From: Acidimicrobiales bacterium mtb01
Lineage (GTDB): Bacteria > Actinomycetota > Acidimicrobiia > Acidimicrobiales > Ilumatobacteraceae
Reading direction: 5' to 3'
Assembly: GCA_004379135.1 (NCBI GenBank)
Contig: NBNI01000006.1
Coordinates: forward strand, 249,160-313,159
DNA: 64,000 nt
The notes beneath the pieces were generated by a model. It had not been told where the DNA came from. It saw only the letters and a program-made list of their open reading frames with translations, and made no database searches. Numbering within the stretch: the stretch's first letter is position 1; each line of letters opens with the position of its first letter. The translations under genes were made by a program, and so were the position numbers. Of this stretch, positions 43,403 through 53,293 are shown piece after piece.

Positions 43403-46366
43403 TCACGCACCCAGCAGGGTGAGGGCCCGCGTGATCCGCTTCTGCGCTTCGCCGACCTTCTGCTGGTACAAACCGAGATCGCCGTCACGGAGCGCCTCAT
43501 CGGCTTCGTCGAACAGCGACTCGGCCTCTTCGAGCAGTACGACCGGATCATCGGAGGTGGACCCCGGAGTCGTGGGCGTGGTCGAACCACCGCTGGTTCC
43601 ACCCGATGTCGATCCCGACGTCGAACCCGACGTGCCGGTTCCGGTGTCGGCGCCGTCATCGACGGGCGCCGACCCGTCGTCGAGCACTTCGCCGAGGTCG
43701 ACGTCGGCTTGCGGGAACAAACGGTTGATCGCATCCGACAACGTGTCACCGATCACCGATCGACCGTCGTACCAGGCGAGTACTCGTCGGACGAACACCT
43801 GCTTCGAACCCGGATCGTCGGGGCGCACGTAGAGCGGGCGCACCCACACCAAACCCTCACCAACCGGGAAGAACTGCAATTGTCCGAATACCACTCGCGA
43901 ACCGCGTTGGTCGAGCAACGTGATGGTCGGGGCGATTTCGGTGTCGCTCTGGAGTTCGGCAGCAACAGTGGCCGGCCCTTCGGGCAGCGAACCGTCGATG
44001 CGATACACGGTCAGCTGACCGTAGGTCTCGGGTTCGCTCGACACGACCATCACCGCACGGAGTTCCTTGCGCGTGTCGTCGGCCGAGAACGGCACGAACG
44101 GGCGCAACAACGAGAACTGCGAACTGTCGCGATCGGGGGCGTGGAAGAACGTGTAGTACGGCTCGAAGCGGCTGACGTTGGCATCGGCCACGTCGCCGGT
44201 GTTGGCCTGACTGGCTTCGTCGACCAGCGCGACTCCGGCCGCGGTGTTCGACACCTCGGGCTCGCGCGGAGAGGCCTGGGCCACACTCCACGCTGCGTCG
44301 CGGTTGAAGAACTGGTCGGCGTCGGCGAACTGGTAGCGGCCGTACAGATTGGTCTGGACGCGGAACAGGTCTTCGGGGTAGCGGAAGTGCTGACGCAGCT
44401 GGTCGGGCACCTGATCGCCAGCCGTGAACAGACCCGGGTACGCCTTCGACCAGGCCCTGATGATCGGGTCGGTCGGGTCGATCACGTAGAGCGTGACGTC
44501 GCCCGAGTACGCGTCGATCACGGCCTTCACGCTGTTGCGGACGTAGTTGAAGTTGTGATTGAGACCAGAACCCGGTGTGAGCTGGTCGGTGTTCGCCTTC
44601 TGCGCGTATGGGTAGCGCGACGTGGTGGTGAACGCGTCGATCACCCAGCTGACCTCGCCGTCGACGACCACCGGATACGGGTCGGCGTCGAGATGGAGGA
44701 ACGGAGCCAATTTCGAAACACGATCGCGGACATCACGGACGTGGAGGAGCCTTGAACCGCCGTCGATGAGTCCCGATCCGAACAGGTTGAATTCCCCGAA
44801 GTGCACGGCCATCGCCACCCGGCGAATGGTGGAGTCGAGGGGGATCCCGCCGTCTCCGGAGTATTCGGATGCTTCGGTTCCGGGGCAGGCCTGCTCGACC
44901 TGATCGGTGTTGACGATCGCGTAACCCGGCTGCTGCGTGCCCACGTACAACTGCGGACGGTCGACTTCGAGCGGCGCGTAGATCGGACGTCCGTCGCTGG
45001 TGATGCGACTCGCCGAGGCGGCCACCACACCGCAGCCGTGTGTGTAGATGAGATGGCGTGACACCCACGTCTTGTTGGGGATGCCGGCCGAGTTGAGTTC
45101 GCGCGCGGCCACGAGCGTCTGCTGAACACGGCCGTCGATCTCGTAGCGGTCGACGTCGAGGTCGTTGATCGAATAGAAGGCGAGCTGGCCCTCGTCGAGC
45201 GAGAAGCGATCGCGCATCTCGGTGACGTCGAGCAGACGAGCGTCGGCGAGCGCCGCTGAATCGGCGACCACATCATCAGTCGATACGTCGCCGAACGACA
45301 CGGCGACGGTTTGCACCTTGTCGAGCCCCATCGCCACCTGAGTGGCGTCGATGTTGCGCTCGATGTACGGGCGTTCGCGGGTGGTGACGTTCGGCTGCAC
45401 CACGAAACGCTGGATGACGGCCGGGTACACCGCACCGGCGACGACCGCGACCAGCGCCCACAACGCCATCGACAACAGCGGGAGTCGCCAGCCACCCCAA
45501 CGCAAACCGGCGAGGAAAAGAGCCGCCACGAGAAGGCTGACGAGGATCAGCAGGTTGATGGCCGGAAGTTGGGCCTTCACGTCGGTGTAGGTGGCACCCT
45601 GCACCACGCCTCGCGTGGACACCGTGAGTTCGAAGCGCTGCAGCCAGTAGTCGACGGCCTTGATGGCCGCCAACAACGCGAACATCACACTGAGTTGGAT
45701 CCGCGCACCGCGCGCGACGCGCTCGCCGGGGCTCTGCACCCGAATGGAACCGTTCAGGAAATGGAGAATCGCCGACAGGATGACGATGAACACCAGAGCG
45801 GCGAAAGCCCAGTCGACCACATACGTGAGGAACGGAAGACGGAAGACGTAGAACCCCACGTCGACGCCGAACTGCGGATCGTCGATACCGAAACTCTGCG
45901 AGTTGCGGAACAGGAGCCACGACTGCCACTGGCCGGTCGCCGGCAAGCCGACGAGCAAGCCGAACACCATCGAGACGGCGATGCGCAGCAGGCGCGAGCG
46001 GCGACCGATGATCTGGCGGTAGCGCTCGACGACCTCGCGTTCGGGGCCGGTGGGGAGATCCTTGGGGGCGAGTCGTTCGGACAGCGTCAGGCTGAACAAA
46101 CAGACGATCGCGAACGCGGCCGTGAACAACGCGCCGAGAAGAACCTTCGCCCACAGCGAATCCCAGAACACGCTGCTCTGATCGACTGAATCGAACCACA
46201 GCGCGTCGACGTAGAAACTGGCCAACTGTCGTGCCGAGAGCACGAGCAGCAACAGGATCGCCGCGACGACGATGAGGATGATCCGCCCGCGCGACACCCA
46301 ACGGGGTCGGCCGGTTGACGACGATCGGCGGCGCGGACCACGGGGAAGGTCCGAGGGGATGCGCAC
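43403..46366 (-). CDS. UPF0182 family large membrane protein
   Basis: 987 aa. The N-terminal polytopic region has LASFYVDALWFDSV. A large extracytoplasmic domain follows. The size and motifs are typical of actinobacterial UPF0182. Confidence 0.88.
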   Translation of the reverse strand: MRIPSDLPRGPRRRSSSTGRPRWVSRGRIILIVVAAILLLLVLSARQLASFYVDALWFDSVDQSSVFWDSLWAKVLLGALFTAAFAIVCLFSLTLSERLAPKDLPTGPEREVVERYRQIIGRRSRLLRIAVSMVFGLLVGLPATGQWQSWLLFRNSQSFGIDDPQFGVDVGFYVFRLPFLTYVVDWAFAALVFIVILSAILHFLNGSIRVQSPGERVARGARIQLSVMFALLAAIKAVDYWLQRFELTVSTRGVVQGATYTDVKAQLPAINLLILVSLLVAALFLAGLRWGGWRLPLLSMALWALVAVVAGAVYPAVIQRFVVQPNVTTRERPYIERNIDATQVAMGLDKVQTVAVSFGDVSTDDVVADSAALADARLLDVTEMRDRFSLDEGQLAFYSINDLDVDRYEIDGRVQQTLVAARELNSAGIPNKTWVSRHLIYTHGCGVVAASASRITSDGRPIYAPLEVDRPQLYVGTQQPGYAIVNTDQVEQACPGTEASEYSGDGGIPLDSTIRRVAMAVHFGEFNLFGSGLIDGGSRLLHVRDVRDRVSKLAPFLHLDADPYPVVVDGEVSWVIDAFTTTSRYPYAQKANTDQLTPGSGLNHNFNYVRNSVKAVIDAYSGDVTLYVIDPTDPIIRAWSKAYPGLFTAGDQVPDQLRQHFRYPEDLFRVQTNLYGRYQFADADQFFNRDAAWSVAQASPREPEVSNTAAGVALVDEASQANTGDVADANVSRFEPYYTFFHAPDRDSSQFSLLRPFVPFSADDTRKELRAVMVVSSEPETYGQLTVYRIDGSLPEGPATVAAELQSDTEIAPTITLLDQRGSRVVFGQLQFFPVGEGLVWVRPLYVRPDDPGSKQVFVRRVLAWYDGRSVIGDTLSDAINRLFPQADVDLGEVLDDGSAPVDDGADTGTGTSGSTSGSTSGGTSGGSTTPTTPGSTSDDPVVLLEEAESLFDEADEALRDGDLGLYQQKVGEAQKRITRALTLLGA

Positions 46367-46375
46367 ACGCGCAGG

Positions 46376-48259
46376 CTAGTTGCGCAGGGGAACGAGTGCA
46401 CAGCGGCAACCCGCATGCGCCGGCGCGTGGGTGTGACCTGTGGGGAACGCGTCGCCTCCACAAATTGCACCCGCCAACGAATTGTCTTCGGCGTCGGGAC
46501 AACCCGGGCCGGCCGGATCGAACTTCCAACACACCTTCATGTCCGGATCGAGCGCCGACAACGCGCCACGGCCGAAAGCGGTGTAGGCGATGTCGTCGAT
46601 GTGCTCGTCGACGATCTGGTTCTTCCACTCGCGGTACACCGAGCGGACGAGCGACGACAGTTCGGCGTTCGAACCACCCGCCTGTGAGATCGAACGACTC
46701 AGGCGTTCGCGCAACGGCTCGACGAACGCGGTGATGATCGCCTCGTCGACGGCCTTCAACTGCGGAGCGACCATTTCGGCCAATGCCTTGTCGGACGGAA
46801 CCGAACCGGTGGTGTGGATCGAACGCGCACCCGCGATGGCCGCCGACTTCACCGAAGCCGACAACGCCGAGCAGAAGCGCTTGGTGTGATCGGACTTGGG
46901 TCCGACGATCGCGTCGAGCGTCTTGACCACGGCACGACCGCGGAGAATGTCGAGCACCTCGTTCTGCTCGTCGGCGAGAACCCGCTTGATCTTGCGGCCC
47001 ATCGTCAGAACGAGGGGCACGAGGATTTCATCGCGCGACTCGAACGTGGTGACCGAATCGGCGACGTCATCGAGCTTGGGCGACGGAGTCACTGCCTTCG
47101 TCTTGCTGTTGGCTTCCTTGGCTACCGACTCGGCGCTGGCCCGGCGCAACTTGGCGAAGATGTCGTCGACCGGAACGGCCGTACGGGCCGCCGGCTTCGC
47201 CGGCTCGGTCGGGGCCGGTTCGCTCTTGCCGAACAACGGCACGACGTTCGACGGCTTGGGAGCCTCGACGACCGGTTCGACGACCGGCTCGGGTGTCTCG
47301 ATCGCGACGGCTTCTTCGACGACTTCGATCTCTTCGACGACGACGGGTGTGTCGACGACGACCGCGTGCACTTCTTCCATCTCGGCGACCGTCATCGATG
47401 CCGTGGGGTTGTCGATGCTCGGGTGCCGCACGACGACCTGCTCGTGAACGACCGTCTCCGCCTCGTCGCGATCCTGGTCGTAGAACTGCGTGGGCATCGG
47501 ACGGCGCATCGACTCGTGCATCTCGTCGGCCTGCACCACGATCGGAACCGGCCCGGTGGTGTTGGCCAGGTTCACGAACTCGGACGGCTCGTCGCCCGCG
47601 TCGGCGAGATCGCGCAACACGTCGTCGGTCGCGATACGGGCCCGCTCGAACGACTGCACAAGACGGTCGCGTCCGTGGATGAGATCTTCGATCTGCTCGC
47701 GCGCGAGTTCGCGGCGGCGGGCCACATCGGCCAACACGCGCTCACGGTAGGCCCGAGCCTCCTCCACCATGTCGCGACCTTGCTGCTTGGCCATGAGGAC
47801 TTCGGCTTCGGCATCGGCGGTGGCGTCCTGACGACGGCGGGCCGCTTCGAGTTCAGCCTCTTCGCGGATGCGGGCCGCGTCCTCGGTGGCGTCGCGGAGC
47901 AGGCGCTGGGCCGTCTCCTCGGCTCGGGCCCGTATCTTGCCGGCGGCCTCGCGCGCGGCCTGGATGATGCGGGCGGTCTCCTCGCCGAGCATCTCGGTGA
48001 TCGTGTCGTCGTCGAGATCGGCCGGGATGAACGGGGCCCCTTCCGGACGATTGGCCACTTCGCGCTCGAGGAATCGCTCGCGCTCCTGGAGGCGCGACAG
48101 CTCGGCGGCGACCATGCGCAGGAAATCGCGGACTTCGGTCGGCTCGAATCCGCGGCGGCTGGTCGGGAACGAGGCCCCGGCGACGGCAGCCGGGGACGAC
48201 GGGTCAGGGCGCGAAAATGAGATAGCCACGGGTGAAGGGTACGGAATACCTGTGGACAA
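46376..48259 (-). CDS. DivIVA-domain protein with a long C-terminal extension ending in a Cys/His motif
   Basis: 627 aa. The DivIVA N-terminal motif is FPTSRRGFEPTEVRDFLRMVAAEL. A coiled-coil region follows. The C-terminus reads GCPDAEDN...FPTGHTHAPAHAGCRCALVP. Confidence 0.8.
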   Translation of the reverse strand: MSTGIPYPSPVAISFSRPDPSSPAAVAGASFPTSRRGFEPTEVRDFLRMVAAELSRLQERERFLEREVANRPEGAPFIPADLDDDTITEMLGEETARIIQAAREAAGKIRARAEETAQRLLRDATEDAARIREEAELEAARRRQDATADAEAEVLMAKQQGRDMVEEARAYRERVLADVARRRELAREQIEDLIHGRDRLVQSFERARIATDDVLRDLADAGDEPSEFVNLANTTGPVPIVVQADEMHESMRRPMPTQFYDQDRDEAETVVHEQVVVRHPSIDNPTASMTVAEMEEVHAVVVDTPVVVEEIEVVEEAVAIETPEPVVEPVVEAPKPSNVVPLFGKSEPAPTEPAKPAARTAVPVDDIFAKLRRASAESVAKEANSKTKAVTPSPKLDDVADSVTTFESRDEILVPLVLTMGRKIKRVLADEQNEVLDILRGRAVVKTLDAIVGPKSDHTKRFCSALSASVKSAAIAGARSIHTTGSVPSDKALAEMVAPQLKAVDEAIITAFVEPLRERLSRSISQAGGSNAELSSLVRSVYREWKNQIVDEHIDDIAYTAFGRGALSALDPDMKVCWKFDPAGPGCPDAEDNSLAGAICGGDAFPTGHTHAPAHAGCRCALVPLRN

Positions 48260-48288
48260 GGGGTGGCAATCGCCGAATCACCCCAGCG

Positions 48289-49437
48289 TCAGCCCCGTGT
48301 GACTGGTTCACCACCCCAGCGTTCGAGGGCCGCCAACGCCTCGGCGAGAGTCGACACGGTCTCGATTTCCACCGAGGCACCGACCGCACGTCGAGCCGCT
48401 TCCACATCGGCCGGGTCCTGGCCGGCCGGAACGATGAAGTGGCGCGCACCCGATCGCTTGACGGCGATGGCCTTCTGGACGAGCGCGCCGATCGGACCGA
48501 CCGAGCCGTCTTCGGCGATGGTTCCGGTGAGAGCCACTCCCCCGGGCGGCGAGAGTTCGCCCGGCGACAACTCGTCGATGAGCGCGACGGTGAACGCCAA
48601 ACCGGCCGACGGACCACCGATCTCGTCGGTGTCGATGCCGATCTCGAACGGCAACTTCACCGTGCGCGTGTCGCGGGCGTTGAAACCGATGATCGTGCGA
48701 TTCGGATCGTCGGGGCTCGCCATCAATTCGACCTTCACGGTTCGCACCTCATCGGCCGGGGCGTCGAAGGGTCGGACCACGAGGCGGATCACGTCGCCGG
48801 GTTCGGCCTCGGCCAACGCCTTCGACAGATCGGTCACCACGTCGATGTCGATGGTGTCATCGGCCGATCCGGTGGCTTGTGGCGTGAGGTCGACCTTCAA
48901 GATCGTGTCGCCCACCGACAGCACGCGACAAGCCCGAAGCTCGGGCGCGTCGTCGGGGCACAGCGCCGGATCGAAGCCGCCGACCTGGGCGGGACCCATG
49001 TCGAACGACGCATCGAGTCCGAGATAGTCGAGTGCGACGAACGATGCGATCTCCTTCGCCGTCGACATAGCACCGAGCTGGATCGTGCGATTGGCGTCGG
49101 GATCGCAATCGCCGAACCGCTGTTCGCAGGTCTGCACGTCGACGTACGGGTCGATCCAACCCATGAACGACTGGAGCGGAGCCAACTCGCTGCCGAGAGC
49201 CGTCACGAAACGAACACTTCGATCGGGCTCGAAGATGCCCACGCCGTCGGTCGCACCCTCGATGGAGACGCGGGGGGCGACCAATTTGGCCCGTCCGGGT
49301 GCGGTTTCGAATCGCTGCATCGGCCAGACCATCGCTCCGAGCACCGCGACAATCACGAGAAAAGCAAGGGTCGCGAACGGAACGCCCCACACCGGACGCG
49401 TGGCCCCGGCTACTTTGTCTTCTCGAGTGTCACTCAC
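48289..49437 (-). CDS. PDZ-domain Lon-like (S16) serine protease, YlbL/SepM type
   Basis: It has a TM anchor and a PDZ-like region. The Lon_C motifs are IGGPSAGLAFTVALID and GTIAEDGSVGPIGALVQKAIA. The start is GTG 49437 or GTG 49390; the longer track ORF is rejected. Confidence 0.85.
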   Translation of the reverse strand: MSDTREDKVAGATRPVWGVPFATLAFLVIVAVLGAMVWPMQRFETAPGRAKLVAPRVSIEGATDGVGIFEPDRSVRFVTALGSELAPLQSFMGWIDPYVDVQTCEQRFGDCDPDANRTIQLGAMSTAKEIASFVALDYLGLDASFDMGPAQVGGFDPALCPDDAPELRACRVLSVGDTILKVDLTPQATGSADDTIDIDVVTDLSKALAEAEPGDVIRLVVRPFDAPADEVRTVKVELMASPDDPNRTIIGFNARDTRTVKLPFEIGIDTDEIGGPSAGLAFTVALIDELSPGELSPPGGVALTGTIAEDGSVGPIGALVQKAIAVKRSGARHFIVPAGQDPADVEAARRAVGASVEIETVSTLAEALAALERWGGEPVTRG

Positions 49438-49723
49438 TGATCTCACCGTTCGTGTCGCCGCGATTACCGCTTTCGCCTTGCTGGCGCTGATCGCGGTCGG
49501 CTGGAGACAGCCTGCCAGACATCGTGCGCAAAGCCACCGCACCGAGCAGTCGACGCCGAGCGGTGTCGACGAACCCTCGGTCGCATTCGGTGACGACGTG
49601 AAGAAGCGCGCGCTTCGAATCGCCGGGCTCGGAGGCATCGCTCTCGTCGCGAGCGCCGTGGTCGCCACCATCGTGTCGGTGGTGCTGGCCTCGCTCGTCA
49701 CCAACATCATCGATCGGCTCTGA
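49427..49723 (+). CDS. possible small two-TM membrane protein (tentative)
   Basis: The 3' end of track ORF 49085..49723 has high third-position G/C and two hydrophobic segments (VAAITAFALLALIAVGW and IAGLGGIALVASAVVATIVSVVLASLV). It stops 4 nt before the HEAT-repeat gene. The start is uncertain. Confidence 0.3.
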   Translation: MSLTDLTVRVAAITAFALLALIAVGWRQPARHRAQSHRTEQSTPSGVDEPSVAFGDDVKKRALRIAGLGGIALVASAVVATIVSVVLASLVTNIIDRL

Positions 49724-49726
49724 CCG

Positions 49727-50320
49727 GTGACCGCGCCCGATCATCTCGAGAGACGCCGCGCCGTCGTGATCGCCGGGCACACCGGCGATGCCGCCATCGT
49801 TCAATCCGGACTCGACGACGCGGACGCCGGAGTGCGGGAGGCGGCACTCGGCGCCTTGGCCCGACTCGGATCGTTCGACGTCGACATCGCACGACGGTTC
49901 GCCTCCGATCCCGCGCCGCGCGTTCGTCGGCGAGTCGCCGAACTCGCGGCGGCACTGGGCGACTTCGATCTGCTTCCCCTCCTCGACGATGACGACTCTT
50001 CTGTTGTCGAGACCGCCGCCTGGGCCGGTGGCGAACAGGTGGAAGTCGCCGATGTAACCCTTCACCGAATCATCGAACTAGCAACGTCTCACGACGACGT
50101 CCTCGTGCGCGAAGCCGCAGTGGCCGCGCTCGGCGCCATCGGCGACGAGCGGGGACTCCCCGCGATCCTCCGCGGTTGTTCCGACAAACCGGCCATTCGT
50201 CGGCGCGCGGTTCTTGCTCTCGCACCGTTCGACGGACCCGAGGTCGAGGCCGCTCTGAAAGTCGCTCTCGAGGATCGCGATTGGCAGGTTCGGCAGGCCG
50301 CCGAAGATCTTCTCGGCTGA
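49727..50320 (+). CDS. HEAT-repeat (PBS-lyase-type) protein
   Basis: 197 aa with repeated VREAALGALARLG / VREAAVAALGAIGD / WQVRQAAEDLL units. Confidence 0.8.
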   Translation: MTAPDHLERRRAVVIAGHTGDAAIVQSGLDDADAGVREAALGALARLGSFDVDIARRFASDPAPRVRRRVAELAAALGDFDLLPLLDDDDSSVVETAAWAGGEQVEVADVTLHRIIELATSHDDVLVREAAVAALGAIGDERGLPAILRGCSDKPAIRRRAVLALAPFDGPEVEAALKVALEDRDWQVRQAAEDLLG

Positions 50321-50887
50321 TCAGAGTCCTTCGACGATCAGCAGCACTCCGAACACGACGAACGACAACGTCGCGCCGATGCGGATCGTCCGCTCGGGGA
50401 GGAGTGCGCCCAGTTGCTGGCCCACCACGATCGCCAGCGCATCGGCCGCGACCATGCCGAGTGTCGAGCCGATCCAGATTCCCCACGCGCTTTCCTTGGT
50501 CGCCAAGGTGATGGTGGCCAACATCGTCTTGTCACCCAGTTCGGCGAGGAAGAACGCCACGCTGGCCGCCACCACCGCGTTGCGAGTGGAACGTTCGGCC
50601 GCCTTCGACTCGTCCTCGTCGAGCGAATCGCCGCGCCAGGTCCACCCGGCGAACAACAAGAACGCGAAACCGGCGACCACGGCGATGGTGTCGGTCGGGA
50701 GTTGCGCACCAACCACCGCACCGATGCCCACGCTGATCGCGTGCGTGACGGCGGTGGCGATGGTGATTCCGATGAGAACCGGCCAGGCGCGGTAGCGAGC
50801 GGCGAAGGCCAGCGCCATGAGCTGGCTCTTGTCGCCGAGTTCGGCCACGAAGATGACGCCGAAGCTGAGAAGGATCGCGGACAACAT
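50321..50887 (-). CDS. GDT1/TMEM165 (UPF0016) family cation (Mn2+/Ca2+) transporter
   Basis: 188 aa with the duplicated ELGDKSQL / ELGDKTML signature. Confidence 0.88.
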   Translation of the reverse strand: MLSAILLSFGVIFVAELGDKSQLMALAFAARYRAWPVLIGITIATAVTHAISVGIGAVVGAQLPTDTIAVVAGFAFLLFAGWTWRGDSLDEDESKAAERSTRNAVVAASVAFFLAELGDKTMLATITLATKESAWGIWIGSTLGMVAADALAIVVGQQLGALLPERTIRIGATLSFVVFGVLLIVEGL

Positions 50888-50916
50888 GGGAGCGTGGCGA
50901 CATTACAGTCAGCACG

Positions 50917-52386
50917 GTGGGGACCCAGGTATTCGCCCGGCACGTGAGCACACTGCCCGTCGACGACGACCATCCGTATCGCACGGGGTCCTGGCGCCCG
51001 CAGAACACCGAGTACACCGCCACCGAACTTCCGGTCGTCGGAACGATTCCGCACGACCTCCACGGTGTCTACCTCCGCAACACCGAGAACCCGCTGCATC
51101 CGAATTTCGAGCGGTACCACCCGTTCGACGGCGACGGAATGATCCACATGATGTCGTTCGCCAATGGCGAGGCCGAATATCGCAACCGCTTCGTGCGCAC
51201 GGTCGGCCTCGAAGTCGAACGCGAAGCCGGTGGTGTCCAGTGGGCCGGTCTGGCCGAATCGCCGAAGAAGTCGCCGCGAACCGACGGCTGGGGTGCGCGC
51301 ACGCGCATGAAGGATGCGTCGAGCACCGACGTGGTGGTGCACGCGGGCGTCGCGTACTCGAGCTTCTATCAATGCGGTGATCTGTACCAGCTCGATCCGC
51401 GAACACTCGACGATCGTGGACGTGCAACGTGGAACGGCAAGTTTCCATCGTGCGGCGTCTCGGCGCACACGAAGGTCGATGAAGTCGCCGGCGAGATGCT
51501 GTTCTTCAACTATGGGACCACGGCGCCGTTCATGCACTACGGCGTGGTCGACGCGAATCACGATCTCGTTCACTACGTTCCGATTCCTCTGGCCGGGGCG
51601 CGGCTTCCGCACGACATGGCGTTCACCGAGAACTTTGCGATCCTCAACGACTGTCCGTTGTTCTGGGACGCCGATCTCATCGCCAAGGGCATCTACGCCA
51701 CCAAGTGGCACCCCGAGATGCCCACAAGGTTCGCGGTGATTCCGCGGCGCGGGCAGTCGAGCGACATCAAGTGGTTCGAGGCCGATCCCACGTACGTCCT
51801 GCACTGGATCAACGCGTTCGAAACGCACGACCACGAGGGCCATTGGGTCGTACTCGACGGGTTCTTCCAGCACTCGCCCTCGCCGTACATCCCGCCCGAC
51901 GCCGACATCAACACCCGGCTCTTCCGGTTCCTCGATCTCTACGCGATGGATTCGCGCCCGTATCGCTGGCGCTTCAACCTCACGACGGGTGAGACGCGCG
52001 AGGGACCGTTGAGCGACGAAGTCACCGAGTTCGGGATGATCAACGGCCGCCACGGCGGTCGTCCGTATCGCTACTACTACTCGGTCGTCCCCACACCTGG
52101 TCGCTTCGAGTTCGACGGCATCACGCGCAACGATCTGCAGACCGGTCGCAAGGAGTCGTATCTGTTCGGGCCGGGAGTGTTCGGCAGCGAAACGGTGATG
52201 GCGCCTCGTGCAGGAGCCAAGTCGGAGGACGACGGCTACCTCGTCACGTTCACGATCGACGTGAACAACGACGTGTCGGAATGCCTTGTGTTCGACGCGG
52301 AGGGCGTGACCGACGGACCGCTGTGCCGCATTCGCCTACCGGAACGGATCAGCAGCGGCACCCACGCCTGCTGGGCCCCGGCCTGA
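50917..52386 (+). CDS. carotenoid/stilbene cleavage oxygenase (RPE65 family)
   Basis: 489 aa. YHPFDGDGMIHMMSF, and His-containing blades (AHTKVD, HDMAFTENF, LHWINAFE). Confidence 0.88.
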   Translation: MGTQVFARHVSTLPVDDDHPYRTGSWRPQNTEYTATELPVVGTIPHDLHGVYLRNTENPLHPNFERYHPFDGDGMIHMMSFANGEAEYRNRFVRTVGLEVEREAGGVQWAGLAESPKKSPRTDGWGARTRMKDASSTDVVVHAGVAYSSFYQCGDLYQLDPRTLDDRGRATWNGKFPSCGVSAHTKVDEVAGEMLFFNYGTTAPFMHYGVVDANHDLVHYVPIPLAGARLPHDMAFTENFAILNDCPLFWDADLIAKGIYATKWHPEMPTRFAVIPRRGQSSDIKWFEADPTYVLHWINAFETHDHEGHWVVLDGFFQHSPSPYIPPDADINTRLFRFLDLYAMDSRPYRWRFNLTTGETREGPLSDEVTEFGMINGRHGGRPYRYYYSVVPTPGRFEFDGITRNDLQTGRKESYLFGPGVFGSETVMAPRAGAKSEDDGYLVTFTIDVNNDVSECLVFDAEGVTDGPLCRIRLPERISSGTHACWAPA

Positions 52387-52390
52387 GCGG

Positions 52391-52573
52391 TCAGCGGCGG
52401 CGCAGTCCGGCGAAGAAACCCTTCTTGGTCGCCGGTTGAGCCGACTTCGACGGCGCATCGTCACAGCGACACCGCTGGTCCTTCTGGACATGACCCAACA
52501 CCTCTTCCACGTGGGCTCCGCAGCCGGCCCACGAGGGCTTTCCGCATTGGCGACAGGTCACTTGACGGCACAT
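52391..52573 (-). CDS. small Cys-rich protein (60 aa)
   Basis: From ATG 52573: MCRQVTCRQCGKPSWAGCGAHVEEVLGHVQKDQRCRCDD..., with 6 Cys and a basic tail. The longer track ORF overlaps the divergent gene. Confidence 0.5.
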   Translation of the reverse strand: MCRQVTCRQCGKPSWAGCGAHVEEVLGHVQKDQRCRCDDAPSKSAQPATKKGFFAGLRRR

Positions 52574-52627
52574 ACCCCCAAGGGTATCTGGGTTCCACGG
52601 CTCGGTCAACTCTGGAACACTCGGGAC

Positions 52628-53272
52628 ATGAGCGACCTTCTCCTGCCCACTCCCCAAGTGGTCGCTGCCTACGAAGGTGTTCGTGCGCGAGTGATCGAAC
52701 TGCTGCGCACGACGCCCGAGGCCGACGGCGATCGCACGGTGCCCCATTGCCCGTCGTGGACCGTGCGCGAACTCGCGGCCCATCTCGTCGGCCTACCCGA
52801 GGACGTCCTCGCCGGGCGCATGGAGGGTGTCACCACCGACGCCTGGACTCAGGCCCAGGTCGAGCGGCATCGCGGCGAGACGCTCGCGCAACTGGCCGAC
52901 GCGTTCGAAGCGTCGATCGAGGCGTTCGCGGCGATCCTTCCGCACATTCCTGTTCCAGTGAATTCGCAGATGGTCATGGACGCGGTCACGCACGAGCACG
53001 ATCTCCGACTCGCTCTGGGCCGATCCGGAGCCCGCGACTCCGACGCGGTGTCGGTGGCCGTCGGATGGTTGCTCGACATGGCCGAGAACCGCTCGAACGG
53101 ACTCGGACACCAGCTCCAGTCATCCGGTCTGTCGCCGTTCGACCTGCTGCGCGTGATGAGCGGGCGACGCTCCCCCTCCCAGGTCGCCGCTTTGGGACTC
53201 GACGCCGACGCTCTGGTCGCGTTGCTGGCCGGAACTCCCCTCAAACCTCCGCCCCAGCCCATCGACGAGTGA
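52628..53272 (+). CDS. DinB/maleylpyruvate-isomerase-family mycothiol-dependent-type protein
   Basis: 214 aa from ATG 52628. CPSWTVRELAAHLVG and HEHDLRLAL are typical of the actinobacterial TIGR03083-like family. Confidence 0.75.
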   Translation: MSDLLLPTPQVVAAYEGVRARVIELLRTTPEADGDRTVPHCPSWTVRELAAHLVGLPEDVLAGRMEGVTTDAWTQAQVERHRGETLAQLADAFEASIEAFAAILPHIPVPVNSQMVMDAVTHEHDLRLALGRSGARDSDAVSVAVGWLLDMAENRSNGLGHQLQSSGLSPFDLLRVMSGRRSPSQVAALGLDADALVALLAGTPLKPPPQPIDE

Positions 53273-53293
53273 GCCCAACAGGCGGTTGTCGAT

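Noticed and set aside
50888-50916. Mn2+ (yybP-ykoY) riboswitch upstream of the GDT1-family transporter gene
   Set aside because: The divergent intergenic region is only 29 nt, too short for the aptamer.
43709-52053. Long ORFs 43709..44755 (+), 45276..46628 (-), 46814..48220 (+), 48232..49440 (+) and 50338..52053 (-)
   Set aside because: Each overlaps, either antisense or in an alternative frame, a gene with strong family motifs (UPF0182, DivIVA, PDZ-Lon, carotenoid oxygenase, GDT1) and shows high-GC frame-artefact composition.
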